From positions 23,066,001 through 23,130,000 of the forward strand of contig NC_058368.1 of assembly GCF_018350175.1 (NCBI RefSeq): 64,000 bases of DNA, in the 5' to 3' direction. Within the stretch, counting starts at the first letter, position 1, and the number at the start of each line of letters is the position of its first letter. The translations under genes and the position numbers were made by a program. Origin of the DNA: Felis catus (lineage: Eukaryota). This document shows, piece by piece, positions 23,394 to 36,080 of the stretch. The notes under the pieces are model-generated. The model did no database searches. It worked only from the letters and a program-made list of their open reading frames with translations, and was not told the DNA's origin.

Positions 23394-26277
23394 AAAACAA
23401 CTTTTTATTTTAATCGTGGTGAAACATTCCCTTTATGTTGTTGTTTCTCTTGGTGTTTCCCCCTTTTTGACAACTCTGCTGATGAAATTTGGACTCTGTC
23501 TTTGAACATACCTAAGTTTTTTGAGGCCTGACATAATAATGGAAGGTTGCAAAAAAAAAAAAAAAAAAAAAAAAAGGACAAGTCTACTGCCAGGAAATCT
23601 TATTAAAAACATGTATTTTTGCTTTTATCAGAAATCAATATATTTTAAGATACATTTAAGATTTTGATTTAGAAACAAGGGAAATGTTCAAATGTGTGGC
23701 TTTGTTGTTGTCTTTCAGCAATGATTACCACATCGTCTTGGCCAATGTATTCACTAACCATAAAAGGAGAAAAATGTGCATTTCCTTAATAATACTGAGG
23801 ATGAGTTGGCAAGTGATCTTGGAGCTCTGCGATGGGCTAAAAGGCGAAATGGAAGATGTTTTCACCTGCCAAGACTTGAGTTCAAGTCCTTAAAACTGTT
23901 CCTTTTCCAATAATTGCTATGACTTTTAATTGCAAAACTGGATAAGGAAGCTCCTGGCATGTATTTTATTTTAGACAGCAAACTATTGATGAAAAAAACA
24001 GTGAGACATCAGGGAAGCAAAAGGCAAAGTTACGTATAACAATCTTGGTAGTTTAAGATACATTTTACCTACATGTTATGAGTATGAATGAGGGCTCTGA
24101 TAACAAGTCTAGGAACTTCAAGGGGTATGGATATTCCCTTTTTCTTATAGTGAAGGACGCTTTACATTGGATTTTATTTTATAATCCCAGGTAAAAAAAA
24201 TGTTTCTGTATTCATTATTCATATGCCCTGCCTAGCACAAAAACTATTTATGTAAATTTAGAGAATATTAAGGAGCATAATTTAAGAAATCTGAATATAA
24301 ATTCTCAGCCTGTCTTTTATTGTTGAAGTACTGACCTTTCCTCTGGAAAGATGAACAGAAACTTTAATGAAGAACATAAACTCTGATGACTATGCGGATA
24401 TAGTTGAGAGCTTCTCAAATGGTAGTGGCCATGTCTGTCTACCTACGGTTGGTCAGTTCAGCCCTTCATTGTAGTTAGGATTTTCTTGGCCCATAAGTGG
24501 AGTAACCATATGTTGTAGATTTTCTGGAACAGCCCCAATTAAAAATGTTCTTTCCTGTTGTTCGACCGTGTGTCGGACCATGTGTTCTGATATTTTTTAT
24601 GGAAAATGTGGTCAGCATACCCATAATTTTCAATATTTCCCTAATGGGCCTTTCTTTCAAGGTACCCAGAGAAATCTGTGTCTGGGTTGGGGTATGAGTT
24701 CTATCCATTCTGTGATATTCAGCTGATGTCTTTACATCTCTGTGAAGTCCAACCTGCCTTCTGCAACCATTTCCGGAAACTTCCCCTCTCTCATCCCCCA
24801 CATCATCTACTGAATGTCACACCCTACCTAGCATTTGATTGTATGTCATCTTAAGTTGTTGTTATTGTTATATGGGGGTTAGTTTCATCTCCTCAACTAC
24901 ATTGTACAGTCTGGAGGAAAGGAATATCATCTCAATTCCTCCCACAACCTCCCCAGTGCATCACTCAGTGCTGGGCAGACGGCAGCTCCCGTTTTTAAAA
25001 AAGAAAAAAACATTTTCTTTTTCTTTTGAGTTTTTTGTATCATTAAGGGAGAGACCCTTTGAAAAAGTCTCTACCCGAACCCTGCAATGAACCTATATAT
25101 ATTAGGCTATTAGTTAAACCCTCATTACATTCTTGTCAGGATTCAAATGCTGATTTTTAGCACCAGATTTCTATTTAAGGTATTTGATAATAAATAAGTG
25201 AACATATATCTGAAGGAAGAGGGGAGTAGAAACCCAGCCCTTGGTTACTTATATGTGCTAAGTACAAAAGGTAAGTTTTAGGACTTTATTAATTTGTCCA
25301 AGACATAGTTAGACACAGAATTTTATAATTTCTTTTTCAGGAGTGTCTTCTTTTTACCCCCTCGCTACGGGGGACCTCCCAAGCTGTGGTGCTCTACTCT
25401 GTAAACATTTATTGCAAGGATTGCTTACGAGGGAAACACTAGATGATTGCTGCCAAATTCACATCTCTTGAAGCAGCCTTTCCCTGCAGTCCAGCCAGCT
25501 AGTCACAAGCAGGTCAACAGTGTAAGATGGGGGTTGGATGAAGGCATGTCAAGTTTGGGGACACTTGGGCAACACCAGGAATCAAGGAGCCTTTTCAAAA
25601 TATTCACAGCAGATGAGAAGGAGTAGGTTGGGGTGGGGACTCCCATGACCCAGATTGCAGAGAACCTGTGTTCCAGACATCTTGGTCCCAATGCCCTGTG
25701 GCACTCTGATAGGCCTTCCATCAGCTTGCCTCTATCACACTACACTCTCCTTCCCAAGACCCTATTCCTGTCAGTATTAACACTCATCTTTTTTCCAAGT
25801 AATGGGAATGTTTAAGAGAATTTAATTAATCATATGTATGCATTTAATGCATTAGATTTATAAGAGTTATTTAAGTACTTAGGGAAGGTTTTCCTCTTTG
25901 GGTTATAAATTTGCTCTGCAAGCATTTAAAACATTTAGAATAAAAATTGACTCTGTTAAGTTTATAAATGCAGTTCAAAATGTTTAAGGGGATGTAATTA
26001 TCCAAGTCTGTAAATGATACTGATTGTTTAATTTAATTTAATTTCTTTACCATGAGCTAACCAAATATTAATCAAAGAAAAGTGAGAGAATTAGTCTCAA
26101 TTTGTGTAACAAGATTACTAATTTAAACTCAAAGGAAACCAGATTTTTAATTTCATAACTTTATTTTTTTTAATTTTGTAACTTTAAAAAATGGAATATC
26201 AATTAAATATCCCAATAAGTGCAAATGGTTTTTTCTACTCCTAAAGATTGATTTTCTGTCCAAGGCATAGAAAACAA

Positions 26278-26440
26278 GGGTGCCTAGGTGGCTCATTCAA
26301 TTAAGCATCTGACTCTTGATTTCGGCTCAGGTCATGATCTCACAGCTGTGAGATCAAGCCCCAAGTCAGGCTCTGCGCTGAGTGTGGAGCCTGCTTGGGA
26401 TTCTCCACCTCTGTCTGTCTCTCTTTCTCTGTGCACTTGC
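26278..26440 (+). mobile_element. Can-SINE, 3' tail missing
   Basis: gggtgcctaggtggctcattcaattaagcatctgactcttgatttcggctcagg. Confidence 0.85.
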
Positions 26441-27019
26441 CCAGCTTTCACGTGCCGGAATGGACTTTGTTCCCTGGATTTGTAAATAATCTATGTTAAC
26501 CCAAGCCTGTTACTAAAGAAGTTACAGACTCTCTTTAGAGTTAGAAAAATATCTCATACCTGATACCTCCTCCTCTCCTCCCCACTCTCCCTCCCCACCT
26601 TAGTTTCTCTTCTTGGGGGCAATCCAAGCAAAATAAAGAATTGTGATGCCAGCAGATACAGACACAAGTGCAAAACCTAATGTCTTTGAAATTGGGGAGG
26701 CTGAAACTTTACACTGCTCTCTTTTCACTTCGGGACTGTGCACTGCGCATCTAGAATTACAAACGAATCCACTACCATGGTACAGGCACTCTGTGCTTGC
26801 TGAGGTGCCTGGCCGCACTCAAGAGCTTCTTCCGCGAACTTGCTGTCTTCATGCCACGGTGACTGAGCAGTAGCAAATGAAGCCTACACCGTGGCCAGTA
26901 GTGATCATCTTACCCCGGAGATGGCTCCACACTGTTTTGGCTCTGGAGGCTTCTTGCTCTTCATACTTTTGTTAAGGAAAAAAAAAGATCCTACAACAGT
27001 ACCTTCAAGATTAGTTCAA

Positions 27020-28105
27020 CGGAAGAGTACCCTGTAATTGCAGACAAATTATAAAATACAAAAATGAACACAATGTACCATACACAGGTACTTATCAGTG
27101 TGTATCAGGATTTTTGTGCTATTATAAAACCTAAATAAAATTTGTAAATTAATTAGATATTTGGATGCTAAAGCAGTTAAAACTTTTCTGTTTATTTAAT
27201 CAACCTCCTTTATCTTTTGTTTGACATTATTAAAAGCATATGTTGTATGTTTAAAGCCATAAAATAAATTGTTGTAATAAAAGGGCCACTATTTTTTCAG
27301 CTTCATACATTGGGATTTCAAATAAGAGTTTATTTTTTTTTATTTTTAAATTAAAAAAAATTTTTTTTCAACATTTATTTATTTTTTTTGGGACAGAGAG
27401 AGACAGAGCATGAACGGGGGAGAGGCAGAGAGAGAGGGAGACACAGAATCGGAAACAGGCTCCAGGCTCTGGGCCATCGGCCTAGATCCTGACACGGGGC
27501 TCGAACTCACGGACCGCGAGATCATGACCTGGCTGAAGTCGGAGGCTTAACCGACTGCGCCACCCAGGTGGCCCTATTTTTAATTTTTTTTTAACGTTTA
27601 TTCATTTTTGAGACAGAGAGAGACAGAGCATGAACGGGGGAGCGTCAGAGAGAGAGGGAGACACAGAATCTGAAACAGGCTCCAGGCTCTGAGCTGTCAG
27701 CACAGAGCCCGACGCGGGGCTTGAACTCACGGACCACGAGATCATGACCTGAGCCGAAGTCGGACGCCTAACCGACTGAGCCACCCAGGCGCCCCCAAAT
27801 AAGAGTGCGTATATATATGTGTGTATATATATATTTTTTAGTTTTTATAAAGTTTATTGTTTATTTTTGAGAAAGTGTGTGAGAGAGCATGAGCAGGGAG
27901 GGGCAGAGAGAGAATCCCAAGCAGGTATGGACACCTGAGTGGCTCAATCTATTAAGGGTCCAACTCTTGATTTTGGCTCAGGTCATGATCTCAGGGTTTG
28001 TAAGTTTGAGCCCCCACTGCTTGGAATTCTCTCTCACTCTCTCTGCCCTCTCCTGTGAGCACTCACGTGCGTTCTCTCTCTCTCTCTCAACATAAGTAAA
28101 TAAAC

Positions 28106-28150
<45 letters not shown>

Positions 28151-28328
28151 CCCAAGCAGGCTCCACACTCTGCGCTGAGACTGATGTGGGACTCAATCTC
28201 ATGAACCATGAGATCATGACCTTAGTTAAAATTAAGACTTGGACACTCAACCAACTGAGCCATCCAGGTGCCCCAAGAGTTCATTTTTAGGAAGGATTCT
28301 CTGCTAAGGAAAGTTTGAAAAGCCACTG
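27020..28328 (+). mobile_element. hAT-Charlie-like DNA transposon 3' remnant split by a SINE cluster
   Basis: Terminus aaagtttgaaaagccactg resembles a hAT-Charlie TIR; degenerate transposase C-terminal codons EYPVIADK (about 27025) and KAVKTFLF..TS (about 27170). Confidence 0.5.
27330..28274 (-). mobile_element. Cluster of four Can-SINEs: about 27355-27574 (-) in the tail of 27330-27795 (-), and 27835-28274 (-) containing 27929-28105 (+)
   Basis: Four SINE heads; TSDs caaataagagt (27319-27329 and 27796-27806), tatttttaa, gagagagaatcccaagcagg. Confidence 0.92.
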
Positions 28329-29356
28329 ATTTATATCAAGTTAAGGACTTCCTACTTTTCCTCTAGGATTCCAGTTCTTTGCCTCTTTATCTTTTGTAGC
28401 ACAGCACCACCACCAACATACTCATTTCTTGAAGATTTTATATTTCCTTCCCCTTCAATAACCTGTAAAGGCTCCTCATAGATTACTGAACTAAATTCAG
28501 TGTTTCCAGCTTGGCTTTCCAGGCAGAAATAATCTGACCTTACTCTGGTCTATCCAGATATGTTTTTTTGCAGTTACCCACACAGACCCTTGAGTCTGGG
28601 AAAGGTAACTGCGCTCTGCCCCTGCTTCCTTGTCTCCTGCCCTTGACATGTCTTGTTAATCCCCCGACATTGAACCACCAACCATCTATTGGGGTGGCCT
28701 ATGAAAGGAAGCCCATTTTCCATCAGCTCTTTTCTACACCTCAATGCATCCTGCATCTTGGTTCATTGTGTCCTTAAGTCTGAGACTCTTTCCCTCCCCC
28801 TTTCGCCTACCCCAATTCCTCATTATCCTTCATGGTTCCACACTGGTAGACCCTTTATTACCTACCTGAGTTCATGATGATCTCTTCGTCCCACAGGTTT
28901 ATACTTAGTTTTGATTAATAGCTTTCTTTGTTCTGTGGTCTTCCCACCAGGATCACGAACTTCTGCATTTCTTCATAAGCTTACAGTGACCATCGCGACC
29001 TATTCCTGAAGGGTAGGAAGAGTTCTTAACTGCAATTATATGCCCTGAATTACCCTCAGTCCTGTCTGTCGCTCACTGATTCTGCAGTTTTAACCAAATC
29101 ACTTAAACTTTCATAATCTCATTTTTCCCTCTGTAAAATGGGAACAATAAAATCTTTCATGTTTTAGAATATAGCTGTCACAGATGGAGAGGTCTGTTGC
29201 TTGTTTTGGCTAGCTACCTTACTAGAGTCACCATGGATGAAGAAATGATTATCAGGTTGCTCTGGTTCAGAAATCCAATCCTATTAATCCACCCAGAGTT
29301 TGATGGGTTGTAAGAATCTGACTCCTGAGATTATAGCTCACAAGAGATAGGTGGTT

Positions 29357-29492
29357 CTTTTTTTTTTTTTTTAAGTAGGCTCCATGCTCAGTGTGGAGCC
29401 CAACGCGAAGCTTGAACTCATGACCCTGATATCAAGACCTAAGCTGACATCAAGAGTCAGATGCTTAATGGACTGAGCCACTCAGTCACCCC
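29357..29492 (-). mobile_element. Short, older Can-SINE
   Basis: gtaggctccatgctcagtgtggagcccaac...gactgagccactcagtcacccc. Confidence 0.85.
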
Positions 29493-29494
29493 TC

Positions 29495-30716
29495 TTTGCT
29501 TCTTTTCCACATTTTCTTCCTAGGTCATCTCTCTAATCTCAGGCACTGTTTGTATTTACACACCAGTGACCATCAAATGTCTGCGGCAGTCTGGACCACT
29601 CTATTAAACTTCATTGCCATGTATCTAAATGGCCATTGGATAATTCTCATTTCCTCTGGGATCTCATATGCTTCACATATTCAAACTGAACTCTTGTTTA
29701 CTTCGTAACACCTACATTCTCACCCACAGCCACATCTAATCTATTCCTCATTTACCCTTGCTCATCTTAGTGAATGGATGCACCTCTTCAAGCCAGTTGC
29801 TCAGGCTGGAATCCTGGAACTGCCTCTCCATCACTTCCAGTCTATCACCAAGGTCTAGTAATCCTATTCCTAAGCATATCATCACAAATCTGTCCTCTTA
29901 TATCTACTCCCACCACTCTTGTCTCCATTAATGTTATCCCTCGTCTGGACTATCACAAAATACCCTATCTGGTCTATTCCTACTTTAATTTTTCCTCCAA
30001 CCCATTCTTTCTGTAGCAATCAGAAGGATCTTTATAGAGCACAAATTACATCGTATCTCATCTTATTTTTATAATTTGTACTCAAAATAATTCCCTACAG
30101 TTTCTGTGGCCTCCATGGCCCTTTGTGATCTGACCTGCTTCTCTCTCCAGGTCATTCCTGTGGCCTTTCTATCCCTTGACTCCTTCCAGTCTATATTGGT
30201 CCTTCTGGTCCTCAAACACAACAAACTCTTTTTTTAAAGATTTTTAAAAATGTTTTTATTTATTTTTTGAGACAGAGAGAGACAGAGCATGAACAGGGGA
30301 GGGTCAGAGAGAGAGGGAGACACAGAATCCGAAGCGGGCTCCAGGCTCTGAGCTGTCAGCACAGAGCCCGATGCAGGGCTTGAACTCACAGACCGTGAGA
30401 TCATGACCTGAGCCGAAGTCGGACGCTTAACTGATTGAGCCACCCAGGTACCCCAACACAACAAACTTTTTGCTGCCTTCTGTCTGACAGCTTTCTCCTC
30501 ATCCCATCATCTGGTTGACTCCTGGCTCCACGTAAAGTATCAGAAAAGCCAATCTTACTAATGCAGCCCTGGGCAGGAGATGCAGTCGTGGTTTCATTTG
30601 TGCAATTTCTTGTTTGTCTGTCTCCCCTCTGGACCGTAACATGAGGGCAGGCACTACTTGCTGCCATGTGGTGCCGGCCAGAGAGTAGGGGCTCAATAAG
30701 TGTTCGATGAATGAAT
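29495..30716 (+). mobile_element. L2 LINE 3' portion containing a minus-strand Can-SINE at 30229-30454
   Basis: Pyrimidine-rich L2 body ending gctcaataagtgttcgatgaatgaat; SINE TSD aacacaacaaact. Confidence 0.75.
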
Positions 30717-31424
30717 ACTCATTTACTCGCTTTATAGCAATTAGTATTCAAGTTGTTCCCTTTCCTGGTGCCTGCAAGGCTGATCAAAGAAAAAGTACTT
30801 GCTTGATAAGCATCGACAGTTAGACCCAAAATATTTGCACGGTGTCAGGAGAAACTTTGTTCCACGAACTTTACGACTCTCATCTCCTACGACCATCCCT
30901 CTTGATTAGATTGTGCTGGATAAACAATACTAATTTTTTCCTTCCCAGCTCTTCAGCTCCTCTGCCCCACTATTAGGTTTTTGTGATTACAAGCAATCGT
31001 GTTGTTTCAGACAGTTGGATCACAATACCATCGATTGGGTGATAGAATTACTCTGATACTAATAACAGTAATCAAAACCACAAATGTTTATAACATACTT
31101 TATGATTTTCTAAGTGCTCTTAATGTGCATTATCTCCTTTAATCTTGGAGACTGGGTCTGAAGATACATTTGCTACCTTGATTCATTTGGATGGATCCCC
31201 AAAGCTTTGTCTGAAGCAGCTTACATGTGACCTGTCACCGAAGGAAGGACTACTTCAGCTCAGGGCTGATGTGGGGCTTTTTTATATTGACTTTCGGTGG
31301 TTCCATCTCAAGACAGTGAATTTTCCTCACCACATCCTCAAATTCGGGAGACATTTACTGTATACAGCCCTCAATTTATCAACTATCATTCCTGCTAAGA
31401 TTGTTAAGACAGATAAATGAGATA

Positions 31425-31680
31425 ATAATAATAGCAAATATTTGTTTGAGTGCTTACTATGTGCCAGACAATGTCTTAAGTGCTTTCCACACACTAATTT
31501 ATTCAGTCTTCATAACTGCTCCAACTTATAAGACATAAATAGCCTTGTTGTACCCATTTCTAAAAGGACAACTAAAACCCAAAAAGATGAAATAACTTGT
31601 CCCCTTGCTAATAACTGGGGAAGCTGGGACATGAACCCAGCAGACTGATTCTAGACTCCATGCTCACAGACAGTATGCAT
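31425..31680. mobile_element. MIR remnant
   Basis: gagtgcttactatgtgccagaca...gctgggacatgaacccagcagactgattctagactccatgctc. Confidence 0.75.
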
Positions 31681-31698
31681 ATGGATGTTTATTCTTTT

Positions 31699-31911
31699 TT
31701 TTTTTTCAATGTTTTTATTTATTTTTGGGACAGAGAGAGACAGAGCATGAATGGGGGAGGGGCAGAGAGAGAGGGAGACACAGAATCGCAAACAGGCTCC
31801 AGGCTCTGAGCCATCAGCCCAGAGCCTGACGCGGGGCTCGAACTCACAGACCGTGAGATCGTGACCTGGCTGAAGTCGGACACTTAACCGACTGCGCCAC
31901 CCAGGTGCCCC
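31699..31911 (-). mobile_element. Young SINEC_Fc
   Basis: TSD tggatgtttattcttt at 31683-31698 and 31912-31927. Confidence 0.96.
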
Positions 31912-31949
31912 TGGATGTTTATTCTTTAATAAAATAATAACATTTGTTC

Positions 31950-32141
31950 TTTTTTGAGTTTATCTATTTATTTTGAGAGAGGGAGAGAGAGAGAGCATGA
32001 GGAGAGGAGGGGCAGAGAAAGAGAAAGGGAGAGAGACAATCCCAAGCAGGCTCTGGGGCTGGAACTCACAAACCATGAGATCATGACCTGAGTAGAAATC
32101 AAGAGTCGGATGCTTAACCCACTGAACCACCCGGGCACCCC
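31950..32141 (-). mobile_element. Can-SINE
   Basis: Antisense body; TSD aataacatttg. Confidence 0.92.
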
Positions 32142-32169
32142 AATAACATTTGCCCTTTATGGACATTAT

Positions 32170-32960
32170 TCTTTAATACACTTATCAAAATTTAAGGAGT
32201 GCTCTCTGTGTGCCAGGCATTAAGGTTAGTTCAGGAACACCACTTGCCGTCTAGTGGGGAAGATGGATTTGGATAAATGATCACGAGTGTGCCGTGTGTT
32301 AACAAAAATGAAGGACCACTGTGCTGTGGGGGCATAGAGCAGGGGACCTGGGCTCATCCGGGGTACAGAGAAGTTCTCTGTGAGGAAGGCACATTTTAAC
32401 TGAAGCCTGGAGGACATGCACAAAGGGGAGGAGGGGAGACCTTCTGTGACTGCCTGAGGAACTAAGAGAGGTCGGTGTGGCTGGAATTTCTAGAGCGGGG
32501 AGACATGCGGTATGTGGTGATGCTGGAGAACAGAGGGCCAGGGATGCCACAATAAGGATTTGGTGTTTTATTCTAAGGGCCTTGGGTAACTACTGAAGAC
32601 TGCTTAGCTGCAGAGAGGAGAAGATAGAGGTCATTGGGAGGATTGTGCAGTCCCGCAGGAGAGGGAGGCTGGCAGGATGAGCAAGGATGGGGGAGCAGGG
32701 ACACAGGGAGTGGATGCGGCCAAAATAGATCCAGGAGGTAGAATGAGGAGAACCCGGCAATTGACTGGATGTAGAGGATGAGGGGGAAGGAGGAGTCAAG
32801 GTTTCTGACTTGAGTCAGGTTTTGATAATGGAAATAAAAATGGACAACAGAAACAGAAGCAGATTTGGATTCAGGGATTAACAGTGATGGATTGAATTTC
32901 AGGGGTGTTGACACAGAAGTGAATGTGCCCAGGAGGCACTTGGCTTGTAGGGGTTAGGAA
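32170..32960 (-). mobile_element. L2 LINE remnant
   Basis: Purine-rich antisense L2 text (gagtgctctctgtgtgccaggca; gatgagggggaaggaggagtcaaggtttctgacttgag). Confidence 0.75.
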
Positions 32961-32989
32961 AGAGAAATTTCTTTGACTCTAAGATGGAC

Positions 32990-33216
32990 ATTTTTCTTTT
33001 TTTCTTTTTTAAAAATTTATTTATTTACTTGTTTATTTATTTGTTTATTTAGAGAGCACACAAATTGGGGAGGGGCAGAGAGAAAGAGAGACAGAATCCC
33101 AAGCAGGCTGTGCACGGTCAGCACAGAGCCAGATGAAAAGGTTCTAACTCTTGAACCGTGAGACCACGACCTGAGCTAAGTCAGGCACTTAACTGACTGT
33201 GCCATGCAGGTGCCCC
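32990..33216 (-). mobile_element. Can-SINE
   Basis: TSD ctaagatggacattttt. Confidence 0.92.
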
Positions 33217-33376
33217 TAAGATGGACATTTTTCATGTTTACTATTTCTGAAATTAGAATGTGCCTTAAAAATAGTTTATTAAAAATAGTGTTTTAATGGT
33301 GAACTATAATTGATGATGTCTTAAAATAGACAATAGTCTGTAAAATAAGACTATTTCATAAAAACATAGCTAATTC

Positions 33377-33504
33377 GGGGGTACCTGGGTGTTTTGGTCC
33401 ATTAAGTGACCAACTCTTGATTTCAGCTCAGGTTATGATCTCACGGTTCATGAATTCAAGCCCTGCATCAGGCTCTGCGCTGACAATGTGGAGCCTGCTT
33501 GGGA

Positions 33505-33543
<39 letters not shown>

Positions 33544-33599
33544 TGCCCCTCCCCCACTCACTCTGTCTCTCAAAAATGAATAGATACTCTTTAAAAAAA
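33377..33599 (+). mobile_element. Can-SINE whose (CT)n tract is replaced by (TG)n
   Basis: ggggtacctgggtg...gcttgggattc(tg)n...caaaaatgaata. Confidence 0.9.
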
Positions 33600-34430
33600 G
33601 TAACTAATTTGTATTTAATGATTTTTGAGAAATCAGAGAAGGACAGACTTTAAAACACTCTTTTATCTTAAATTTAAAAAAAAGGTCACATTCAATGAAA
33701 GTAAAATTCAGCAGTAGCACTAAATTTTAGCACAAATGCCAAGCTGGTAAAGTTCAAGTAATGAAGCTTTAATCATAACTGTTAGGAGCTTGAGGTGTCT
33801 GTTCTTTCTAAGTCCATGCCATTCCTTCTTCCCGTTTCTACCTCCAACACGATTTTGCCTCCGGGTTAACTTGATGTTAACTTGATTAGCTGTCTCTGTC
33901 TCCACATTACAAAGGTATGCTTTGTCAACCTTGGATAGAATAATGTGCCTTTGAAATTCAATCCATCATCCCTTTTTCCCAGAGTGTAAAATGCTGAACC
34001 TTTTCCTGTAACTATGGCAATGTTTCCCATACCCTGCCCCACCCCCACCCCCCTTAGCCACACATGTGAGACAAGAGCTAAAGAAAGAGTTATGTTAGTT
34101 TAGGAGAAGAAAAAGACTTAGTGACATCCCTTTCTCAAATCCTACATCATTCAGTCTCTGAGTTGTATTTTGGCCAATATGCTATGTTCCATTGTTAATT
34201 TAATATTCATAACTGTGCATATAACCTTCCCAATTAGATTTTCACTTGGCAGGGGAACAAACAGCCATAGCTACTCCCTACATTCCTTGGTTACAGTCTT
34301 TACCTGGCTTTTTGCTCCAATTCCACCAGATCATTGTGGGTCTTTCAATTAAGACCTGGGTCTTGCACAGAGACCTCGCATTTTGGCCTAGTACAGCCAA
34401 ATCTCAAGGGAGCTTTTCATTTTAAGGTTA

Positions 34431-34627
34431 TTCATTTTATTTTGAGAGACAGAGAAAGAGAGCACTAGTGGGGAGGGGCAGAGAGAAAGTGAGAGACAGA
34501 GAATCCCAAGCAGGCTCAGGCACTGTCGGCCCAAAGCCCGACACAGGGCTCAAACCCACTAACCGTGAGAGATCATGACTGGAGCCGAAGAATCAGACGC
34601 CTAACCGGCTGAGCCACCCAGGCGCCC
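34431..34627 (-). mobile_element. Can-SINE inserted in the tail of the U6-L1 chimera
   Basis: TSD tt(t/c)aaggtta at 34421-34430 and 34628-34637. Confidence 0.9.
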
Positions 34628-34639
34628 TTCAAGGTTAAC

Positions 34640-34760
34640 TTTTTATTGCAACAAAATACACAGGGCACAAAATTTATCATCTTAATCATTTTTAAATTTA
34701 CAGTTCGGTGGTGGCGGATAGATTCATCATGCTACCCAACTATCACCACCATCCATCTCT
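34640..34760 (-). mobile_element. L1MA/L1MB-like 3' terminus, the 3' half of the U6-L1 chimera
   Basis: Reverse complement agagatggatggtggtgatagttgg...aactgtaaatttaaaaatgattaagatgataaatttt...aataaaa. Confidence 0.85.
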
Positions 34761-34860
34761 CATGGAAACTTTTATGAATTCTGTGTGTCATCTTTGTGCA
34801 GGGGCCACGCTAATCTCTGTATTGTTCCCATTTTAGTATGTGTGCTGCTGAAGCCAGCAC
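34761..34860 (-). pseudogene. U6 snRNA retropseudogene (near full length, diverged)
   Basis: Reverse complement GTGCTGGCTTCAGCAGCACACATACTAAAATGGGAACAATACAGAG---ATTAGCGTGGCCCCTGCACAAAGATGACACACAGAATTCATAAAAGTTTCCAT aligns to U6, including the ACAGAGA box. Confidence 0.93.
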
Positions 34861-34894
34861 TCTCAAGAAAACTTTTAAAAACAAAACTTTACTT

Positions 34895-35480
34895 CCCAAC
34901 TTGCCTATGGGGCCAGCATTACCCTAATACCCAAACCAGATAAAAATACAACAAAGAAAATTACAGACTAATAAATAGCTCTCATGAACACAGATGCAAA
35001 AATCCTCAACAAAATAATAGCAAATCGAACCCAACAATGTATAACAATAATTATGCACTGTGACCAAGTTGGATTTATTCCAGAAACGCAAGACTGGTTC
35101 AACATTTGAAAATCAACGAATGTAATCCACCGTATCAACAGACTAAAGAAAAGAAATCATATGATCATATCGATTGATGCAGAAAAAGCATTGACAAAAT
35201 CTAACACCTATTTATGATGAAAACTCTCAGCAAACCTAGGAATAAAGAGAAACTTTCTCAACATGATTTTTAAAAATCTACAAAAAAACCTATGTTCAAC
35301 ATCCTACCTAATTGTGAGAAAATGTGTACCGTTTTTAAGGTTGGGAAAAAGGCAAGTATGTCCTCTCTCACCACTCCTATTTAGCAACATACTGAAACTC
35401 CTAGCTAGTGCAATAAGACAATAGAAGGAAATAAAAGGTAAATAGTTTGAGAAGGAAGAACTAAAACAGATCTTTACTCA
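34895..35480 (+). mobile_element. L1 ORF2 reverse-transcriptase fragment (decayed)
   Basis: Encodes [33 protein letters not shown] and MIISIDAEKA motifs with frameshifts. Confidence 0.9.
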
Positions 35481-35844
35481 GAAACAAAGGTAGGCACCTC
35501 AAGTCCCTTTTAGAATTTGTAGACTTTTAAAAATTGCATATTTGTTTTCTAGTTCAAAGATTTCTACTCTTATTTTTATTATTGCTTTCTTTCTATATCC
35601 TTGTGTTTAAGTTGCTGTTCTTTTTTAAGCATCTTAAGATGAAAGTTTAAATCATGTGGATTTTCAATTTGTGCTCCTCTCAAATATATACAATTAAAGC
35701 TATGAATTTCCCTGAGTCCTGCATTATCTGCAACCCAAATGTTTTGATATGTCATATTTTCATTATTATTCCATTGAAAACAATTTATAATTTCACTGCA
35801 ATTATTTCTTAGACCTACAAGCTGTTTAAAAATGTGTTGCTTAT

Positions 35845-36064
35845 GGAACACCTGGGTGGCTCAGTTGGTTTAGGTGACCGACTCTTGATTTCAGGTCGTG
35901 ATCTTGAGGTTTGTGGGATTGAGCCCTACGTTGGCCCTACCTGGGCCTGCATTAGGCTCTGAGCTGTCAACACAGAGGCTGCTTGCTTTTCTTTCTGCTC
36001 TTCACTCTCTGCCCCTCCCCTGCTTGCTCTCTCTCTCTCTCTCAAAATAAATAAATAAACATTT
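35845..36064 (+). mobile_element. Can-SINE
   Basis: TSD aaaaatgtgttg(c/t)tta at 35828-35843 and 36065-36080. Confidence 0.92.
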
Positions 36065-36080
36065 AAAAATGTGTTGTTTA

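Noticed and set aside
23551..23575. Solo poly(A) runs (also 5666-5692) as retroinsertions
   Set aside because: No flanking TSD is visible
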